NCBI GenBank assembly: GCA_937896505.1
Contig: CALBNP010000137.1
Location: 32,895 to 64,894 of the forward strand
Reading direction: 5' to 3'
Source: an uncultured Bacteroidales bacterium
Lineage (GTDB): Bacteria; Bacteroidota; Bacteroidia; Bacteroidales; F082
Length of the DNA stretch: 32,000 nucleotides
Translations under genes and position numbers: made by a program
The notes under the pieces: generated by a model
Seen by the model: the letters and a program-made list of their open reading frames with translations, nothing else
Databases searched by the model: none
Told to the model about the DNA's origin: nothing
In this document: positions 28,814 through 32,000 of the stretch, piece after piece
Position numbering within the stretch: position 1 is the first letter of the stretch
Layout: each line of letters starts with the position of its first letter

Positions 28814-30121
28814 TTATTTCTCCTTGAAAATCAATTGAATCGGCACACCGTTGAAATCCCAAGTTTCGCGAATCTTGTTTTCCAGGAAACGCTTGTAGGA
28901 TTCTTTCACATCCTTTGGCAGGTTGCAGAAGAAGACGAACTGTGGGCAATAGCTCTTCAGCATGGTGATGTATTTGATGCGCACATAGCGGCCGCGTGAA
29001 GCTGCCGGTGGCGGCACCGACCCGATGATTTCCAACATTTTGTCGTTCAGCTCGCGCACCGGAATGCGGCGCTCGCGGTTTTCATATACCTTGTGTGCGG
29101 TCTCGAGCACCTTGTAGATGCGTTGTTTGTTGATGGCCGAGGTGAAGATGATAGGGAAGTCGGTGAAAGGTGCAGTTTGTGCATAGATGGCTTGTTCGTA
29201 AGCCAAGTGGGTGTTCGAGTCCTTCTCGATGGTGTCCCATTTGTTGACGACGACGACGAGGCCTTTCTTGTTCTTCTCGATAAGGTGCAGGATGTTCATG
29301 TCTTGCGACTCGAAACCGTTTTGGGCATCAATCATGAGGATGGCCACATCGCAGTCTTCGATGGCGCGGATGGAACGCAGCACCGAGTAGAACTCGATGT
29401 CTTCTTCCACCTTGCTCTTCTTGCGCAGACCGGCGGTGTCAACGAGCATGAAATCCATGCCGAAGGCATTGTAACGGGTGTAGTTGCTGTCGCGCGTGGT
29501 GCCTGCTATGTTGGTCACGATGTGACGGTCAACGCCAAGGAAAGCGTTGATGAGCGACGACTTGCCGACATTTGGACGGCCTACCACGGTGAATTTGGGC
29601 AGGTCGGTGTTGAAGTCGGTGGTATCGTTGGGCAAAAGTTCGCACACTTTATCGAGCAGCTCGCCGGTGCCGGTGCCTGTCATGGCCGAAAAAGCGAAAG
29701 GCTCGCCCAAGCCAAGAGCATAGAACTCGGAGGCAAGCGCTGCTTTGTTAGGTTCGTCAGCCTTGTTGACGGCCAATACGACGGGCTTTTTCTGCTGGCG
29801 CAGGATGCGCGCCACGTCTTCGTCGAGCACATGAAGGCCTGCGATGCAATCCACTACAAAGACGATGACATCGGCTTCTTCGATGGCCAAATCTACTTGC
29901 TTGCGGATTTCTTCTTCAAAGATGTCGTCCGACCCAACAACATAACCGCCCGTGTCGATGACGGTGAATTCCTTTCCGTTCCAGTCGCTCTTGCCGTAAT
30001 GCCTGTCGCGTGTCACGCCACTTGTTTCTTCCACGATGGCCATGCGCTGCTTCAGCAGACGGTTGAAAAACGTCGATTTTCCCACATTGGGTCTCCCCAC
30101 AATTGCTACAATGTTTGACAT
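28814..30121 (-). CDS. der: Ribosome-biogenesis GTPase Der (EngA)
   Basis: 435-aa ORF with two tandem GTPase domains (G1 GRPNVGKST at aa 9-17 and GRPNVGKSS at aa 182-190) plus a KH-like C-terminus. Confidence 0.95.
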   Translation of the reverse strand: MSNIVAIVGRPNVGKSTFFNRLLKQRMAIVEETSGVTRDRHYGKSDWNGKEFTVIDTGGYVVGSDDIFEEEIRKQVDLAIEEADVIVFVVDCIAGLHVLDEDVARILRQQKKPVVLAVNKADEPNKAALASEFYALGLGEPFAFSAMTGTGTGELLDKVCELLPNDTTDFNTDLPKFTVVGRPNVGKSSLINAFLGVDRHIVTNIAGTTRDSNYTRYNAFGMDFMLVDTAGLRKKSKVEEDIEFYSVLRSIRAIEDCDVAILMIDAQNGFESQDMNILHLIEKNKKGLVVVVNKWDTIEKDSNTHLAYEQAIYAQTAPFTDFPIIFTSAINKQRIYKVLETAHKVYENRERRIPVRELNDKMLEIIGSVPPPAASRGRYVRIKYITMLKSYCPQFVFFCNLPKDVKESYKRFLENKIRETWDFNGVPIQLIFKEK

Positions 30122-30145
30122 ACTTTGTTCGGTTTAAATTTGCTG

Positions 30146-30153
30146 CAAAAATA
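30146..30153 (-). promoter_or_regulatory. -7 promoter box for der
   Basis: The reverse complement reads tatttttg (TAnnTTTG), 24 nt upstream of the der ATG at 30121. Confidence 0.55.
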
Positions 30154-30162
30154 GTAATTTTA

Positions 30163-30204
30163 GGTGAAAGGTAGCCTTTCACCATTCGCCTAAAACCTTT
30201 CACC
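30163..30204. repeat. GGTGAAAGG hairpin plus a third copy in the era-der spacer
   Basis: ggtgaaagg (30163-30171) / cctttcacc (30175-30183) form a 9-bp stem with a 3-nt loop. A further cctttcacc lies at 30196-30204. Confidence 0.7.
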
Positions 30205-30209
30205 TTTAA

Positions 30210-31091
30210 TTATGCTTCGTATCCAAAGCGCTTCAGTTCTGCTTCGTTGTCGCGCCAATCCTTATCGACTTTCACGAACAATTCGAGGAAAATCTTCTTG
30301 CCTGTGAATTCCTCGATGTCGGCACGGGCTTGCATACCCAATTTCTTGATGGCGCTGCCGCCTTTGCCGATGATGATGGCTTTCTGCGAATCGCGGGCGA
30401 CGTAGATGCTGGCACGGATGACAACGCGTTTTTCGCTTTCTTCGTAGGAATCCACATCCACTTGCACACAATAAGGCACTTCCTGCTGGTAGTTGAGCAA
30501 GATTTTCTCGCGGATGATTTCGGTGATGAAGAAACGCATCGAGCGGTCGGTGAGTTCGTCTTTCGGGAAATAAGGTGGGCACACAGGCAATTTCTCCAAA
30601 ATCTGCTCGAAAACGTTCTTCACATTGGCATTGTGTTGCGCTGAGATGGGGAAAATGGTGGCGTTGGGCAGTTCTTTCTCCCAAAACTCAACGGCTTGGG
30701 TCAGATTCTCTTGTGTTGAAAGGTCAATCTTGTTGATGAGGACGAAAACTGGTATCTCGCTGTTTTTCAGTCTTTCGACGGTCTTTTCCTCGATTTTCTT
30801 GTCGGTGATATCGACCACGAAAAGGATGAGGTCGGCGTCAATCATGGCCACGTTGACGAATTGGTTCATCACTTCGTGCATCTTGTAGGCTGGGTCTTTG
30901 ATGATGCCAGGCGTGTCGGAGAACACGATTTGGAAGTCGTCGCCGTTGACGATGCCCAAAATGCGATGGCGCGTGGTTTGCGCTTTCGAGGTGATTATGG
31001 AGATTTTCTCTCCAACCAGTTGATTCATAAGGGTTGACTTGCCCACATTGGGGCGTCCTATGATGTTGACATATCCTGCTTTATGATCCAT
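30210..31091 (-). CDS. era: GTPase Era
   Basis: 293 aa from the ATG at 31091 ([21 protein letters not shown]). G1, G3 (DTPG) and G4 (NKID) motifs plus a C-terminal KH domain are present. The ORF-track extension to 31193 would run across the tRNA promoter. Confidence 0.92.
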   Translation of the reverse strand: MDHKAGYVNIIGRPNVGKSTLMNQLVGEKISIITSKAQTTRHRILGIVNGDDFQIVFSDTPGIIKDPAYKMHEVMNQFVNVAMIDADLILFVVDITDKKIEEKTVERLKNSEIPVFVLINKIDLSTQENLTQAVEFWEKELPNATIFPISAQHNANVKNVFEQILEKLPVCPPYFPKDELTDRSMRFFITEIIREKILLNYQQEVPYCVQVDVDSYEESEKRVVIRASIYVARDSQKAIIIGKGGSAIKKLGMQARADIEEFTGKKIFLELFVKVDKDWRDNEAELKRFGYEA

Positions 31092-31139
31092 TTTGAAAAA
31101 AAATTGCTTTTTTTGACCTTGCAAAGAAACAAAATATTT

Positions 31140-31147
31140 ATCTTTGC
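31140..31147 (+). promoter_or_regulatory. -7 promoter box for the initiator tRNA
   Basis: tatctttg at 31140-31147, 48 nt upstream of tRNA position 1. Confidence 0.5.
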
Positions 31148-31195
31148 ACCCGAATTCGGGAGGAAAGAAATTTCTTGAACGAGTTTTTCGCACGA

Positions 31196-31270
31196 TGCGG
31201 GGTAGAGCAGAGGCAGCTCGTCGGGCTCATAACCCGGAGGTCGGAGGTTCGAATCCTCCCCCCGCTACCA
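31196..31270 (+). tRNA. Initiator tRNA-Met (anticodon CAT), CCA encoded
   Basis: The cloverleaf was folded by hand. Acceptor tgcgggg / ccccgct, D-stem agagc / gctcg with A11:U24, anticodon loop ctCATaa, three consecutive G:C pairs in the anticodon stem (ggg / ccc), T-arm ggagg-ttcgaat-cctcc, non-Watson-Crick 1:72 (U:U), discriminator A plus CCA. Confidence 0.9.
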
Positions 31271-31278
31271 AGTTTTTG

Positions 31279-31310
31279 AAAGCAGGTCGATAATAAGCCT
31301 GCTTTTCTTG
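31279..31310 (+). terminator. Terminator after the tRNA
   Basis: aagcagg (31280-31286) / cctgctt (31298-31304), followed by a T-rich tract. Confidence 0.6.
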
Positions 31311-31340
31311 TATTTTGTTGTCAATTAAAACTTTACAATT

Positions 31341-31766
31341 ATGAAAACGATAAAAAGACTTCTTTTGTGCACTTGCGTAGCCGCTATGTTTTTGGTCGGT
31401 TGCAGAGCCACTCACTATGTTTCACTTGAACCCGAAGCCAACAAGATGTGGGTTGGTAAACCCCATTCTGCCATCATCGAGGCTTATGGCGCGCCGAATC
31501 GCGAGATTTCTGATGGCGCTGATGGCCTTATTTTGATTTATGAAGAAACGCACACCGTAACCAATACGTATTCTACGCCTTCACCTATGTATATGGGTGT
31601 GTATGGCTTCTATTACCATGTGATGTCTCCAGCCGACTATCATACCGAAAGTCATCTTGAAACCGATTATGCACACTTCTATATCGGCGGCAATGGCAAA
31701 TGCTACAAGGTGGCAACCAATCTTGAAAAAGAGGTGTATGACGACGACGATTCAGATGTTAAATAA
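31341..31766 (+). CDS. Hypothetical lipoprotein
   Basis: 141-aa ORF. Signal peptide with lipobox (FLVGC) and an acidic C-terminus (DDDDSDVK). Confidence 0.7.
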   Translation: MKTIKRLLLCTCVAAMFLVGCRATHYVSLEPEANKMWVGKPHSAIIEAYGAPNREISDGADGLILIYEETHTVTNTYSTPSPMYMGVYGFYYHVMSPADYHTESHLETDYAHFYIGGNGKCYKVATNLEKEVYDDDDSDVK

Positions 31767-31790
31767 CAGCGATGTCCATCCCTCATAAAC

Positions 31791-31826
31791 AAGAAGCCCT
31801 GCCATGAAACCATGACAGGGCTTCTT
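31791..31826. terminator. Hairpin terminator between the lipoprotein gene and the convergent right-edge gene
   Basis: aagaagccctg (31791-31801) / cagggcttctt (31816-31826), an 11-bp perfect stem. Confidence 0.75.
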
Positions 31827-31842
31827 TCTTGCCTATTGAGCT

Positions 31843-32000
31843 TTATTGGGCGGCTACTTTATTTAAAGTGCCAGTCAAGATGCCACTAATTGTGACATTG
31901 ACAGGCGTAGGAAACATTTCATCTACTGCTGTTCCTTGGCCAGAAATTTTGCCATTGACATTCAATTTGTTACCATCTAAAGTGCCAGTCAAGTCGATGC
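31843..32000 (-). CDS. C-terminal 51 codons of an unidentified protein; the gene continues past the right edge
   Basis: The minus-strand frame is open from the window edge to TAA (31845-31843): IDLTGTLDGNKLNVNGKISGQGTAVDEMFPTPVNVTISGILTGTLNKVAAQ. It contains an internal LTGTL(D/N) repeat, and a terminator follows. No family was recognised. Confidence 0.45.
   Translation of the reverse strand, partial: IDLTGTLDGNKLNVNGKISGQGTAVDEMFPTPVNVTISGILTGTLNKVAAQ

Noticed and set aside
31227-31415. 62-aa minus-strand ORF overlapping the initiator tRNA and the lipoprotein gene start
   Set aside because: It overlaps a confidently folded tRNA and its terminator, so it is an artefact.

Overview
This is a chromosomal window from a Bacteroidota (Bacteroidales-type) genome. 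That placement rests on TAnnTTTG -7 promoter boxes in front of most transcription units, a T9SS C-terminal sorting domain, a MurF-Alr fusion and DUF4296/DUF2764-type genes. Most content is housekeeping. The genes are recQ, kdsD, lptB, pssA, murF-alr, an outer-membrane beta-barrel, a complete F-type ATP synthase operon (minus strand, 10.0-17.6 kb, order atpD-atpC-x-atpB-atpE-atpF-atpH-atpA-atpG), a NUDIX hydrolase, a T9SS-sorted repeat protein, a complete minimal V-type ATPase operon (plus strand, 20.4-28.2 kb, order E-DUF2764-[insert]-A-B-D-I-K), hslR, der, era, an initiator tRNA-Met and a lipoprotein. I saw no rRNA, CRISPR array or recognisable defence island. The accessory or unexplained material is as follows. 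(1) A 126-aa GxxExxY / PD-(D/E)XK gene lies inside the V-ATPase operon, bracketed by 31-bp direct repeats built from 'cacgaat' units, and the right repeat continues into a palindrome. (2) A 286-bp spacer made entirely of repeats sits inside the F-ATPase operon between atpB and atpE. Its last 81 nt before atpE contain no G on the mRNA strand, and a similar A/C-rich leader precedes the V-type ring gene ntpK. (3) A 570-bp intergenic region holds a 130-bp compound palindrome and a 61-nt hairpin. (4) A perfect 25-bp direct repeat brackets the T9SS cargo gene. (5) An edge-truncated IS200-like Y1 transposase gene sits at the left border. Ion-site residues predict a Na+-coupled V-type ring and an H+-coupled F-type ring. 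All calls come from reading the sequence and translations; no database search was run.
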